Shown here: positions 51,500 through 64,000 of the stretch, one piece after another
How positions within the stretch are numbered: position 1 is the stretch's first letter
Layout of the letters: every line of letters begins with the position of its first letter
Assembly: GCF_006345805.1 (NCBI RefSeq)
Contig: NC_043001.1
Location: forward strand, 108,996,001 to 109,060,000
DNA from: Octopus sinensis
Lineage: Eukaryota
DNA length: 64,000 nt
Direction: 5' to 3'
Made by a program: the position numbers and the translations under genes
The notes under the pieces: generated by a model
Database searches by the model: none
Told to the model about the DNA's origin: nothing
What the model saw: the letters and a program-made list of their open reading frames with translations, nothing else

Positions 51500-51796
51500 T
51501 GTTCTGGAAATAGAGGTAATTCGAATGTGGACTCTAAAAACAGAAACAATTCCTCTCATAGTGGACGCATTAGCTATGATAAAAAATATTCAGACAAATA
51601 CATAACAAAAACACCAGGACTAACAAATATATATATAACATACAGAAAATAGCACTACTAGGCACTGCACACATCCTACGCAAAACACATTCAATACAGT
51701 AACCATAAGAGCATCACTACAGATCACAGCTTATACCCTAGGCACATAGAGCTGCGCCCGGTAGTGTAGTGAAAGCACGTTGTAAAATTAAGACTA

Positions 51797-51799
<3 letters not shown>
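51500..51799 (+). mobile_element. R4/Dong 3' end, same subfamily as 19140-19484
   Basis: LEIEVIRMWTLKTETIP...LLGTAHILRKT. Ends ACTACTG|AATAAT, followed by about 200 bp of (AAT)n. Confidence 0.88.
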
Positions 51800-51864
<65 letters not shown>

Positions 51865-51940
51865 TAATAATGATAATATAATAATAATAATAATAATAAT
51901 AACAACAACAACAACAACAACAATAATAATAATAATGATA

Positions 51941-51984
<44 letters not shown>

Positions 51985-53763
51985 TAATAATAATAATAAT
52001 AATAGGAGTTATCCTGAGAGCTTTAGCTTGCAAGCAAAAGTTAATCTTGTCAAATGTGTATGCTAATGTGTGATTATCTGTGTTTATACTTCTCATGAAA
52101 TATGAATTTTACAATGAAAAACAAAATAAAAAATAAAAGGTGACTTAACTAATTATGTCGTATAACGTAAAATATATTTATTTCCCTAAAATACAGTGCG
52201 AAATGTGCTGCACAATGTAAAGAGACATGTTTTGTGTTATGTTCGAAGTATTGTGTACAAACTTATCATTTTTATGAATTTCTTTAATTACATTGGATTT
52301 TTCAAATAAATAAATAAATTTTCGTATAATTGAATTATTTTCTCATAAAAACAAAACAGAAAACGTGATAATGAATTGAAGGTCTATTTCATTTAATAAT
52401 TTGGTCTTGTTTTTAAAATTATAATTACGTTAAAATTACATTAATTTGTTGAAAAAAACTTAATACTTTTATATTATTTTCGACGGATATGTCTTTCGAT
52501 AAATCTGATCTGGACAAATATTTTCATTGGAACTATGAACTATTCAAGAGATAAAAACTTACTTGAAATCTTTATTTTCGTTTCTCATTTAGTAAGATCT
52601 GATATATTTCATGTGTTTTTCAACAACCCACACGGAGGCGGGTTCGTCCTCAGTGAAGATGAGTCCTGCTACGTAATGAAATCAACATCGTCACTCCGGA
52701 AGATGGACTGTACATCATGCTTCCTGCTTGATTTTGAATCTTTTTCTTGTAAATTTTCTCGCTTCATATTTAGTTTTTGGACTCTGGTAAATATCACTAA
52801 TCATTCAGTTCCTGTCATGTTACTATCGTCAAAAATGGAGGAGGTACTACTGCAGGGAGTGGCATCTGTATCAATCAAATTTTCTCAAACCCACTGTTAT
52901 TCTTACTGCAGTTGGTCGCTGCTCTTAATGTAATGCCCGTAGCAGAGAGTGGATCCTCTTCCAGATTAATTCCTGGATATGAGAGCAACTCGACCTCTTC
53001 CTATTGAGTTGCCACACACATCGCATTAGGAGCGAAACTTCGTAAATTGCTGTAGACAGTTTCCTTTCAACTTTTCTGAATAGAAAGCCGTTAATTGACT
53101 TTTGCTACCGCATGTGTAGCAGCTGAGCATTATGTCCTGACTTGCAACTCATAGCATCTTTCTAGGATAGTCTGATATAAGGGAAAGACAAGCACAATGC
53201 CTCTTTGGCTTTTAGGAGAATGCCATGAGATCAGGGAAAGGCAAGAAAAATGTCTGTTTGGCTTTTAGGAGAGTTTTAAGAAATCGATTCATGAAGACTT
53301 GTATGTCAATGGTGAAACCGCGAGATTTAGAGGTTACGTTGGCCAGCAACGACCTCTACAAATACTACAGCCTGAATGTGAACACTAGCCAAGGATTAAT
53401 ATCGACACAGCTTACCTTGATGACAACCGTCATGTTCCTTCGTATAATTTACTGGCAAGTGTGTTAGTGACTGAGCTTGTTCTCTCATCTTGTCTTGAGT
53501 TTCTAGACAACTCAGAAAATACAATATCTAATCTTTTTCCCTGTGAAGATTTAACTCCATATATCACGAATGGTACTTACACTTATTTCCTGACAGGAAA
53601 AAAAAATGAATAAAAAATAAATAAAACATCAAAAAGCTCCAGAAATCTTCCTTGTCGTGATCTGGGTGATAGCTTCTAGCAGCAAGGGACTTATTTTATG
53701 AATATAATGTTGCTATTATTTACATTATTTACATTATATACATTTGACGGATATTTCCCCAAG

Positions 53764-53807
53764 ACACCTGATGAAGGCTGGAGGGTATATCAGCCGAAAC
53801 GTTGTGT
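53764..53807 (+). ncRNA. Minimal type I hammerhead (PLE-type, extra A after A9) inside a 36-bp inverted repeat
   Basis: ACAC-CUGAUGA-A-GGCUG(10 nt)CAGCC-GAAA-CG-UU-GUGU, with palindromic AACGUU. Arms at 53721-53756 and 53830-53865. Confidence 0.75.
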
Positions 53808-54058
53808 TAACTACAAACAAGATGAGGACAAATATCCATCAAATGTAAATAATGTAAATAATGTACATAATTCCTCATCTCTTAAATATAGAACTGTATT
53901 ATAATGTTGCCATTCACTTTTCCTTCTGAAATGTTTCACGCCAAAGGTAGTTGTTTTAAATGAAAGTTGGTAAATGTGTTCGAGATACTTTTCTTGAAAA
54001 ATGTGCGTTCGTGGACTTCAATGTTGCTGTCAAACGTATAGTCTACAATAATACAGTA

Positions 54059-54398
54059 GAGGCCCAATGGTCCTGTGGTTAGGGCAGTTTCGATTTCTAG
54101 ACCGGGCGTTGTGAGGGTATATTGAGCGAAAACACCTAAAGCTCCACGAGCTCCGGCAGGGGGTGGTGGAGAACCCTGCTGCACTCTTTCACCACAACTT
54201 TCTCTTAATCTTTCTTCCTATTTCGAAAGGCCAGCCTTGTTACACTCTGTGCCACGCTGAATCTCCCTGAGAACTACATTAAGGGTACAGGTATGTGTAT
54301 GTGGAGTGCTCGGCCACTTGCACGTTAATTTCACCAGCGGGCTGTTCCGTTGATCGCATCAACTGGAACCCACGTCGTCGCAACCGACGGAGTGCCGC
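54059..54398 (+). mobile_element. SINE, apparently mosaic (family D head plus family C tail)
   Basis: The tail GGCTGTTCCGTTGATCG..ACCGACGGAGTGCC matches 56360-56480 (-) and 48345-48410. An internal segment matches 28150-28170. Confidence 0.65.
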
Positions 54399-54924
54399 GT
54401 CAGTATTTCAATCTTTTGCCGCCCTTTCGATTGGTTTTTAGTCTTATTTCGTCCATCTTTATGTTCTGAATCCAAACTCCGCCGAGGTCGACTTTGCCGT
54501 TCTTCCTTTCTGGGTCGAAAGAATAAATACCAGTTGTACACTGAGTCGATGTAATCGACTTAAACTTTCGCCGGAAATTACTCGTATTGAGCTAGAATTT
54601 GAAACTGTCCTTTTACTTTCGTTAGCAGATTTATTTGGCGGCGGTGGTGGTGGTGGTAGTGGTTTTAGTGGCAGTGGTAGAGTTGTCTTTTCTGTTCAAT
54701 ATTTTATTTGGCGGAGGGGGTTTCTGTTGTGGGAGGCTGTGATTTGATTTCAGGTTTCTCAGTGGAAGAAACATTAAACTGAAAAAAAAAAGCAAACCTA
54801 CACCCGCCCTTATTGTCTTACCTCGTCACAGAGTCAACTTCCAAATCTTTGAATAAGATCCTCGCTCGTACACTTGAGACAAGAGTTTTCGGAGTTAATT
54901 CAAGCACGTCAAAATAAGAGAAGA

Positions 54925-54982
54925 ATCAATGATAATAATCATATTAATAATAATCATAATAATAATAATAATGATAATAATA

Positions 54983-55018
<36 letters not shown>

Positions 55019-55033
55019 GTAGTAGTAGTAGCA

Positions 55034-55094
<61 letters not shown>

Positions 55095-55098
55095 TAAA

Positions 55099-55156
<58 letters not shown>

Positions 55157-55357
55157 GTGATGATGACGACGATGACTATGACGATGACAACAATAATGAT
55201 GATGGTGATGATTGTGATGGTGTTGATGACGACCATGATGATGATAACGATCGTGTTTATGATGATGACGATCGCGATGTTCCTGCTGCTACTGCTACTG
55301 CTACTGCTGCTGATGACGATGATGATGATGATGGTGGCGTTGATGGTGATGATGATA

Positions 55358-55398
<41 letters not shown>

Positions 55399-55437
55399 AA
55401 CGATGATGATGGTGGTGGCAGTGATGATGATGATAAA

Positions 55438-55468
<31 letters not shown>

Positions 55469-55480
55469 GTGATGATTGTT
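54925..55480. repeat. (TAA)n grading into (TGA)n trinucleotide array
   Basis: Directly visible; source of the poly-N/D/M ORFs. Confidence 0.95.
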
Positions 55481-56359
55481 AATCTTTACATCGAAGAACG
55501 TACAAGAATATCGACGACATCCAACCGTTTGACATTTTAAGCCACACATAACCATGTCTTTAGTAGAATGCATCGTCCACATTCAATATCCCACTGCAGG
55601 CAGTTTTCTCACTGTGAATATATATTCAGTGAACCCAAAAACCATGTTTATCTCGATTATCTACAAATTACCTTAAATGATGCTTTATGTTTCTGCCCTT
55701 ATAATAAAATAGAAAATCACCGTATGTAATGCCGTATAAATAAATTAGTTACCATTTTTCTGCTATCGGAACGCAAAAAAAGGATGTTTGAAATAGTTTC
55801 TTGACGTTTACGCAAAAAGAAAAAGGAAAAAAGAAATACATAGAAAAAAAAAACACGAGAAGGAGAAAAAAACCATTCCACGAACCAATCTTTTATAGAA
55901 CTTATAATAATATTACAGTTTTGTTAAAGCTCATCTTTTCTGTCTTTCTCCGTTCAAATGTCAGTAAGAATGTTTGATATCAAATATCATTTACAACGCT
56001 ATTGTCCTCATAAATGATATTTGTAAGTAGATTGCTTCCATTGTCGGTAGATTTAATAGAAAGTCACTTTAAACTATTTACAGGTCCTCAACACGGTGGT
56101 GAGTTAGTGCAATCGTTAAAGTGGCGAGGAAAATTCTTTGAGGAATTTGATCCGGCACTCTTTGAACTCTCAGTTCAAATTACATTATACTCGGTTTTGC
56201 CTTTCATTCTTTCGGAGCTCATCTTAGAGCATCAGAGGGGACATCTTGTGACATCTGTTCCTTCTATTTGCGTTGTGATTGCAAAACATACGGCTGCCCC
56301 AGTCCCACTGGTTTCGATCTTGGCATCTCCCATGATCAAATTCAGTGGCGTGGTATGAC

Positions 56360-56618
56360 TGGCATTCCGTCGGTTACGACGAAGATGGTTCCATTTGATT
56401 CGATCAATGGAAAAGCCCCCCTGTGAAGTTAATGTGTAAGCGGCTGAGCACTCTACCTACACGCGTAACCTTAAAGTTCCTAAGGAGATTAATCGTGACA
56501 AAGAATACAGGTACTACTCATTGTTGCCAGCTGAGTGAACTGAGCCAAGTGAAATAAAGTGTCTTGCTCAAGGACTACCACGCCGCCGGGAATTGAATTC
56601 AGGACATTACGATTGTGA
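56360..56618 (-). mobile_element. SINE family C
   Basis: Reverse complement contains GAATTCAATTCCCGGCGG..TCCTTGAGCAAGACACTTTATTTCAC and the family C tail. Confidence 0.8.
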
Positions 56619-56767
56619 AAAATATAAAATATTATAATTTCGATGAAAATCACAGTCTTTGGAAAGTTTGAGGGAAAAGGCTCACAGGATGTGAATATTC
56701 ATTCAACAAAACATCATAAATGGAATATTTTGTTTTGGTTGAAGCCTGTACAATACTTAGTATAAAC

Positions 56768-58208
56768 GGGGAAGCAAAGCAGATGCCAAAAACTATGACT
56801 TCACACATCAGCAAAGTCATGGAACAGGTAGTCAGAGGGAAATTAATCGCATTCCTTGAAGAAAACGACTTGTTGAGTGATACTCAGCATGGCTTTCGAC
56901 CAGGTACGAGCTGCCTGACCCAGTCTTACAGTACTACGACTGGGTGTTGATTCAGTTACTCAACAACTTAAATGTGGACATAATATACCTTGACTTTGCA
57001 AAAGCTTTTGATAAAGTGGATCATGGTATGATATGCCACAAACTGCGTGATCTCGGCATAGCTGGAAAACTTGGAGAATGGATATATGAATTTCTGAAAG
57101 ATAGAAGTCAGGCAAAAATGGACAATGGAGCCACCTCAAAGAAAACGCAAATAGTGAGCGATGTTCCACAGGGCACTATCTTAGGACCATTGCTTTTCAT
57201 TGTGGCCCTCTCAGATATGCCCCTCAGCTGCCCGGATAGCCACCCTTGCTACCTATGCAGACGATACGAAAGTCTCGCAGAAAATACAAAACCCCAGCGA
57301 TGTTGCAGACCTGCAGCAGGAGTTGGACACAATTTACAGGTGGGCTGAGGACAATAATTTGCAGCTTAATGCCGAAAAATTCCAAGCCCTGTGCTACCAG
57401 CGTCCAAAACTGAATATAAAGCAAACAGAGTACACTGGTCCATAGGGGATTACACTCCAAGAGCCTAAATCAGTGAGGGACTTATGAATCGACATGAGTG
57501 ATGACATCTCTTTCCAAGTGCACATTACTAGGATGGAGATAAAGTACAGATGACTGGCTGGCTGGATCCTGAAAACATTCAGAACTAGAGAGAAGGAAAC
57601 CATGATGGTCCTCCTGAGGACATTTGTCCTCAGCCGCCTGGATTACTGCTCCCAGCTATGGTCACCCAACAATGTAAAATTAACAGCGGACCTTGAAGCA
57701 ATCCACCGAAGCTTCACAAAAAAGATCCACAGCTAAACTACTGGGAAATGCTGAAACAGCTAAGACTCTACTCCCTGGAGCGAAGGCGGGATAGGTATGC
57801 AGTAATATACATCTGGAAGATCCTGGGAAGAACCGTGCCAAATTTTGGCATTGAAAGCTACACGAATCACAGAACGGGTCGACACTGCACAGTGTCAAAG
57901 ATCCCAGCAATGTCATCGCACTTCAGGACCTATTACTGCAATAGCCTGAGTTTTAGGATCACAGCTTTTTAATATTCTCCCAAAGAGCCTGAGGGACCTA
58001 CACAAAGTGGATGTAGGTGTTTTCAGATCAAAACTGAACATCATTCTGTCGAGAGTCCCAGATACACCTACCTCCCATGAAGAGGTGCAAATGAGGGTAA
58101 CGACATCAAACGTCCTTATTCACCAAATGCCACATATTAGAGGAGGCTCTCAATAATAACAGGGTAGCAAAACGGTGGTGTCCCAGTATAGCCGGAGCTC
58201 TGAGCTGA

Positions 58209-58212
<4 letters not shown>
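56768..58212 (+). mobile_element. CR1/L2-group LINE, 5'-truncated and decayed
   Basis: QHGFRPGTSCLTQ, DIIYLDFAKAFDKVDH, VPQGTILGPLLF, YADDTKV, NNLQLNAEKF, SRLDYCSQLWSP, LYSLERRRDRY. Many frameshifts. Confidence 0.88.
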
Positions 58213-58251
<39 letters not shown>

Positions 58252-58259
58252 ATATTATA

Positions 58260-58420
58260 AATATTAGGGAATAAATCCAAATTTACAAGGAAAAATCAGA
58301 TTTAAGATTGAATCCAATTTTATAATAAAATATTATATTATATCAAATTAGGACAAAACCACTATTATGCAAATCAAACAAAGAAAGACTTAAGCCAATA
58401 CATAAAATAATTATATAAAT
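58260..58420 (+). repeat. PLE-type terminal fragment homologous to 42045-42200, within (TA)n
   Basis: ATATTAGGGAATAAATCCAAATTTAC...GACAAAACCACTATT...GAAAGACTTAA. Confidence 0.75.
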
Positions 58421-58733
58421 TAAAATTAACATATATGTATATATATATATATATATTATATATATATATATAAACATTATGTATTGATATGAAAATTATG
58501 TATTAATGGAAACCCCCTATTAATGCCTGATAATTGCTGAACATTTTAAAAATGTGTATTTCTTACAACATTTAATAAAATGATGTTGCGTGAAACGATC
58601 GTACCAAATTACCGAAGTTATTCTTGTGTTTATTTTGATGATAATTACCCGTGGATTTATATGGATAACACCATACAAAATTCTGGTGCATCTAACTTAA
58701 GACCATAACCATTTGAATCTAAATTTTGCTGAA

Positions 58734-58774
<41 letters not shown>

Positions 58775-59031
58775 TAATTATATATATATGTATATATATG
58801 TATATATATATATATAGATATATATATATGTATATATATGTATATATATATATAGAATATATATATATTAATATACTATATATATATATATAACACACAC
58901 ACATCTATATATATCCATATATATATATATATATATAAATCTATATACATATATATATAGATATACACACACACACATATATAATACATATATATATATT
59001 ATATATATATATATATTATACATCTATATAC

Positions 59032-59086
<55 letters not shown>

Positions 59087-59098
59087 TATATATATACA

Positions 59099-59270
59099 CA
59101 GGGTATTCAAAAAGTCTGTGAATTTTTACGAGGGGCCATACATTACACTTCTTATAAAGTTTTTTTTTTAAGTCTTGTAAAGTCTAATATATTCTTTTGT
59201 AGTCTTAATACCATCTTATAAATATTTATTTTGCAGTAAAATACTGCGGAGAGACTTTTTGAAGCCCCTA
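59099..59270. mobile_element. About 170-bp Tc1/mariner-type MITE in (TA)n
   Basis: CAGGGTATTCAAAAAGTCT and AGACTTTTTGAAGCCCCT form imperfect TIRs, with TA flanks. Confidence 0.6.
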
Positions 59271-59466
59271 TATATATACATACATATATATTTGTATACG
59301 TACATACATGCTTATACACACTTATTTATATATAACATCTTCACCATTCCAATATCCATTCTTGTTAAATATGAATGCTTTCTCCAATGCTATGCAATCT
59401 ATTGCGTAATTTAATATTAATTATGTTTTACTACCGTTCCGAACATGACTATTGGCAACAATTATG

Positions 59467-59539
<73 letters not shown>

Positions 59540-59964
59540 CACGCATATCATCAACGTATTTTCTTCCTATTTGCAAATAGATGAAATCTCATTCGTAATC
59601 TCGTATATGCGTGTGGTTTTGTTCCTTCTAAGTAATCTTAAATTTCTTACCTTCTTGTATGCAGGTTTGTGTCTTGCTGTCAGCTCCCGCCTATGTATTA
59701 ATGTCAATAATTTACATGCACACATGCATGCTTGCATGCGTAAATGTATATGTGGGTGTGTTTGCGTGTGCATGCGTATATGGTGCTGTCAGTGCGCACG
59801 CGTGTCTTTTGTCTGCTGATCTCGCAAATATTTTCATTATTTCAGTCCTCTTCTTCCTTTTCCATTCTTGCCTCAAAACGCTCTTCGACATTTTTAATTT
59901 ACTTCGCACGGCCGCCCTCACCAGCTCCTTTCTGCGTCGTCTTGGTCCTTGCCATTAACTTTCT

Positions 59965-60430
59965 CCACCATCACCAATCACCACCACCACCATCACCATC
60001 ACCACCACCACCACCACCACCACCACCACTGTCACCACCACCACTGTCACCACCACCACGACTGTCACCACCACCAACACCACCACCACCACCACCACTG
60101 TCACCACCACCAGCGCCACCACCACCACCACATCACCGATCCCCCCCCTACGAAAACCAACCATCACCACCATCACCACCACCACCACTACCACCTCCAC
60201 CACCAACACCATCACCAACAACAACAACACCACCACCACCATCAACACTTCAACCACCACCATCACCATCACAACCTCCACCGCCTCCACTATCACCTCC
60301 TCCACCACCTCCACCACCACCACCACCACCACCAATCACCACCACGTCCACCAACCAATACCACCACCACCACCACTAACCATCACCACGACCACCATGA
60401 CCACCACCACCACCACCATCACCACCACGC
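59965..60430. repeat. (CCA/TCA)n trinucleotide array
   Basis: Directly visible; gives poly-P, poly-H and poly-V translations. Confidence 0.95.
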
Positions 60431-60998
60431 ATTTTCTCTTTAGTTTCTCACATATAGCTTCACTTCCTTACATTTACACCGCTTCAACCCATACTCTCAC
60501 TTACTACTCTCTTCCCGCCATTATTATTTCTCAATTTATCGTCTCTCGGCCATGTTATTAACCTCCGTAGTCTTACTGTTCGATGTACGAGAAACCAAAA
60601 CGTTGGAGTTTAATTCCTCCTGGCACACGAACTTACCGTATTTAATTGTTATCTACCAAATTTTAGGCAAATAAATAAATAAATAAATAAATAATATATA
60701 TATATATATATACACATACATAAACGCACACACACACACACACACACATATACATATGTGTGTGTGTATACATGTGTACATTTGTACATGAAACACGTTT
60801 ATAATCTGCATACATGCATACATACACAACACACATATATATATAATATATATATATATATATGTATGTATTATATATATAACATATTTTATATATGTAT
60901 AGGTAATATATATATATATATACATATATATATTATATATATATGTATGTATAATATATGTATATATATTATATATTGTATATATATATATATATGCG

Positions 60999-61048
<50 letters not shown>

Positions 61049-61542
61049 GAATATACACATATGTGTGTATGTGTGTGTGCGTGGTGTTTGGGTGTGTGTG
61101 TGTGTAAATTCTTGCATCAATGCTGACATAATTACATATATTCCTCTATGCATATAACATACTCCACCTCCGCACTTACGTGTTGCTTCACGTAAATGAT
61201 ATTATTTTGTTTGTCTTATTCTCCTGTACGCAAATTTTCTATCAGTTATTCCAGATGGTTACTTTTAGACAATATCAATTTTACAATTGAGCAAATGCTA
61301 AATAAAATGATAATGTAAACGTTTGTAGATATTCCTAGTTTTGTTGTTTACCTCAATTTACTGAGAATAATTACAAAAAAAAAAAACAAAAACAAAAAAG
61401 AAGCAAAACAACAAAACAAAAACATGCAATGATGCTTGCTTTCATAAGCTCAAAGCCTACATTTTTTTCAGGTGAATGCGTTAGTCGATTACATCGAACG
61501 CCATTGCTCGACTGCTACTTAACTTATTGACCCGTAAAGAAT

Positions 61543-61700
61543 GAGGTGTGGCTGTGTGGTAAGAAGCTTGCTTCCCAACCACGTGGTTCCGGGTTCAGTC
61601 TCACTGCGTGGCACCTTCTGCAAATGTCTTCTACAACAGCCTCGGGCGGACCAAAGCCTCGTGAGTGGATTTGGTAGACAGAAACTGAAAGTAGCCCGTC

Positions 61701-61702
<2 letters not shown>
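61543..61702 (+). mobile_element. SINE family A, 5' head, ending in (TA)n
   Basis: GTGGCTGTGTGGTAAGAAGCTTGC...GGGTTCAGTC...GGATTTGGTAGAC.GAAACTGAAAG.AGCCCGTCG. Confidence 0.85.
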
Positions 61703-61755
<53 letters not shown>

Positions 61756-61774
61756 CTACATACATGCATATATA

Positions 61775-61825
<51 letters not shown>

Positions 61826-62219
61826 CATCATACACACACACCACACATACACATATATATGTATGCTAAAAACATATATACTACCAAATATGACTTTTTG
61901 GGAACTCCTAATATTTTTCCGTGTATGTATATAGATATTTCCAAACAAACATGATTTTTAATGAAATCCTAATGATTTTATTACCTTTTTCTTTTAATAT
62001 TTTCTAATTATTATCAAAAAATGTATATATGCATTTTAGTACTTTTGTGACAACCGGTACTTAACACAACAAAGATTATACAAAACTTTTCATTTTATTT
62101 TTGACAATCTTTTTCTAAAAAGTGAAACCGGTCAAGTGAAGGAAAATCTTTAAAATTGCATTTTCAAACCTTCTTGCATATATACTTGCCCTCGTGGGTT
62201 ACTTTACAACTTCAGCTTG

Positions 62220-62268
<49 letters not shown>

Positions 62269-64000
62269 ATACTTTGTTGCTGTGTTGATTTTTTCTAAGT
62301 CGCACCGAGTACGACCGACTGACTCTTTAGCGAACGAGGTGCACATATCATCGTAGGCTATCCTCACAAACATGAGCAGTTTTATTGCCAACTATGGTGT
62401 ATGACGTAAACTCATGTAATGGCATGTTCGACAACACAAACTCTCCAACCGCGTGCTGTCGCTGTCTTCATCCGTCGTCATTGTCCACTTGTATTAAAAA
62501 CTACTCAGCGAGCTCTTTCGTGTTGTCGTTGTTGATGAAGTGGAGACATTGCCCAGGAAGGCGACAGTCATCGGCAGAGTCACCCGCAACCCACCAGCAC
62601 TCGTATAGCCTGAAATGCTGAAATAACCATTTAATCTTTTTCAGCGAGGACGGAGTGGATGCTTAGACCGAGCGGCAGGCAGTTCTCATTATCGATAGAT
62701 ACTGATTGCCTATGCACCATTATTTACGTGCTTGTTAAAAGCCTTAATTAAATCGGAAGGGAATGCCTTATCCATTGGATGGAATCAAACTAAAAGCTAA
62801 GTTATCTGAACTAAGATTTCGACAACGAATTTCCTATGACAGAGGAGCAGGGATAAGATTGGCAATTCTAAAGCTAATGCCTACAACTGAAGTGAGCAAC
62901 TGTGAATTTACTGCGGACTTTGAGTTTATCATCAGAGCATCGTAAGAGAGACGGCATAGTTCATTACATCGGTTTAAATATTCATATCTATTTTATAGAA
63001 CTCGACAAAATTTCGTTTATCGGCCTTGGAGTAGGAACCTGTTTTCCGAACTTATAGAAACATTATTTAATATCGGAAGTTGTTTTCCCATATTCTATCA
63101 TTCATTTTCATTGTTAAAACATTTACGGCATATAACCAGAAATTTGTTCAAAGGATGAAATCGATTCGGTTATTTAGAAGTAATTTATTTTACTGACACC
63201 AGAAAATCGAAAACCGAAGTCGATCTTGAAGAGAACGTAACTCGGAGGGAAAAGGGACAGAGTGCAACACAACATGTATGTTGTCCGATAATCAACTGGA
63301 TCGGCCATTAAGTTTACTGTATTTAGTTTCAAGTTGCCTGGCCGACATTGTTTTTGAAATGTCTGATATCGATACAAGAAATACTCGTCTATCAGTAGGA
63401 ACGATTCGATCAACTACACGCTTCATCAATTCTAGACCTTGTGTCACAACCACAAATCAATAATGTATCGCGTTATTGTTTTGCCAAATTTAGAAGACAT
63501 TGTTCTATGATGTTTGTGATGTTTATAGTTTTTGTATAATGGCGTCATCTTTGTTTCTTTATGGTTTCCAAGGAGTTTCTCAACTATTAATGTATTACAA
63601 TACAAAGTAACGAACAATGAAAAAGTATAAATAGAAAAAAGAAGAGGAAACAAATGAGATATCCAGCTATATTCCTTGCCAAATCTAATGGTACCACATA
63701 TTAACATATGGTTTCCTTTATTTATCGATAATACCAGTGTTGCATTTTAATCGTTGTTGCGGAGGAATTATAGCTGAATATTAAACTCAGCAGCGATTTA
63801 CTGCCGAGAGAGTTTCTAGTACAAAATAATTTTTTTTATTACGATGACATTTTGTCGCATAAAACAAGGGTTGAAAATCGCCTATATGCACCAGGATGTA
63901 ATGACATTAGGAAGGTTTCATGTTTTTTTCTAGATAGCATAGTAATAATATTTTGCTGATAACAAAATTTGTTCTGGGAATAGGTCTATATAAAAATATT

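Noticed and set aside
52500-53470. Complex-sequence island, possibly coding or transposon-derived (also 62300-63720)
   Set aside because: The frames I translated have stops and no recognisable motif; needs a database search.
59744-60443. Extensin-like proline-rich and poly-His ORFs
   Set aside because: A (CCA)n array open in several frames; not evidence of coding.

Overview
AT-rich, microsatellite-dense eukaryotic DNA, most likely octopus/cephalopod. That assignment rests on recalling three tRNA-derived SINE families typical of Octopus genomes and was not checked against a database. I found no credible host protein-coding gene, rRNA, tRNA or CRISPR array. Most ORF-track entries are translated microsatellites. 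The window is a retroelement graveyard with five components. (1) A 8.0-19.5 kb cluster of R4/Dong-type RT+RLE non-LTR elements, all on the + strand and all ending at (AAT)n arrays, whose divergent 3' UTRs share one stem-loop architecture. (2) A near full-length Neptune-type Penelope-like element (PLE; RT+GIY-YIG, minus strand, 21.7-26.5 kb) with pseudo-LTRs, a head-to-head inverted 3' arm (to 28.0 kb) and a candidate variant hammerhead ribozyme in all three terminal copies. (3) Several other PLE remnants, repeatedly as fold-back inverted structures carrying hammerhead motifs. (4) A Tx1/L1-type LINE embedded in (TATC)n, a decayed CR1-group LINE and Tc1/mariner relics. (5) A 2.2 kb A4T4-dyad compound satellite. 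All retroelement ORFs carry stops or frameshifts. Boundaries were read by eye and may be off by several bases.
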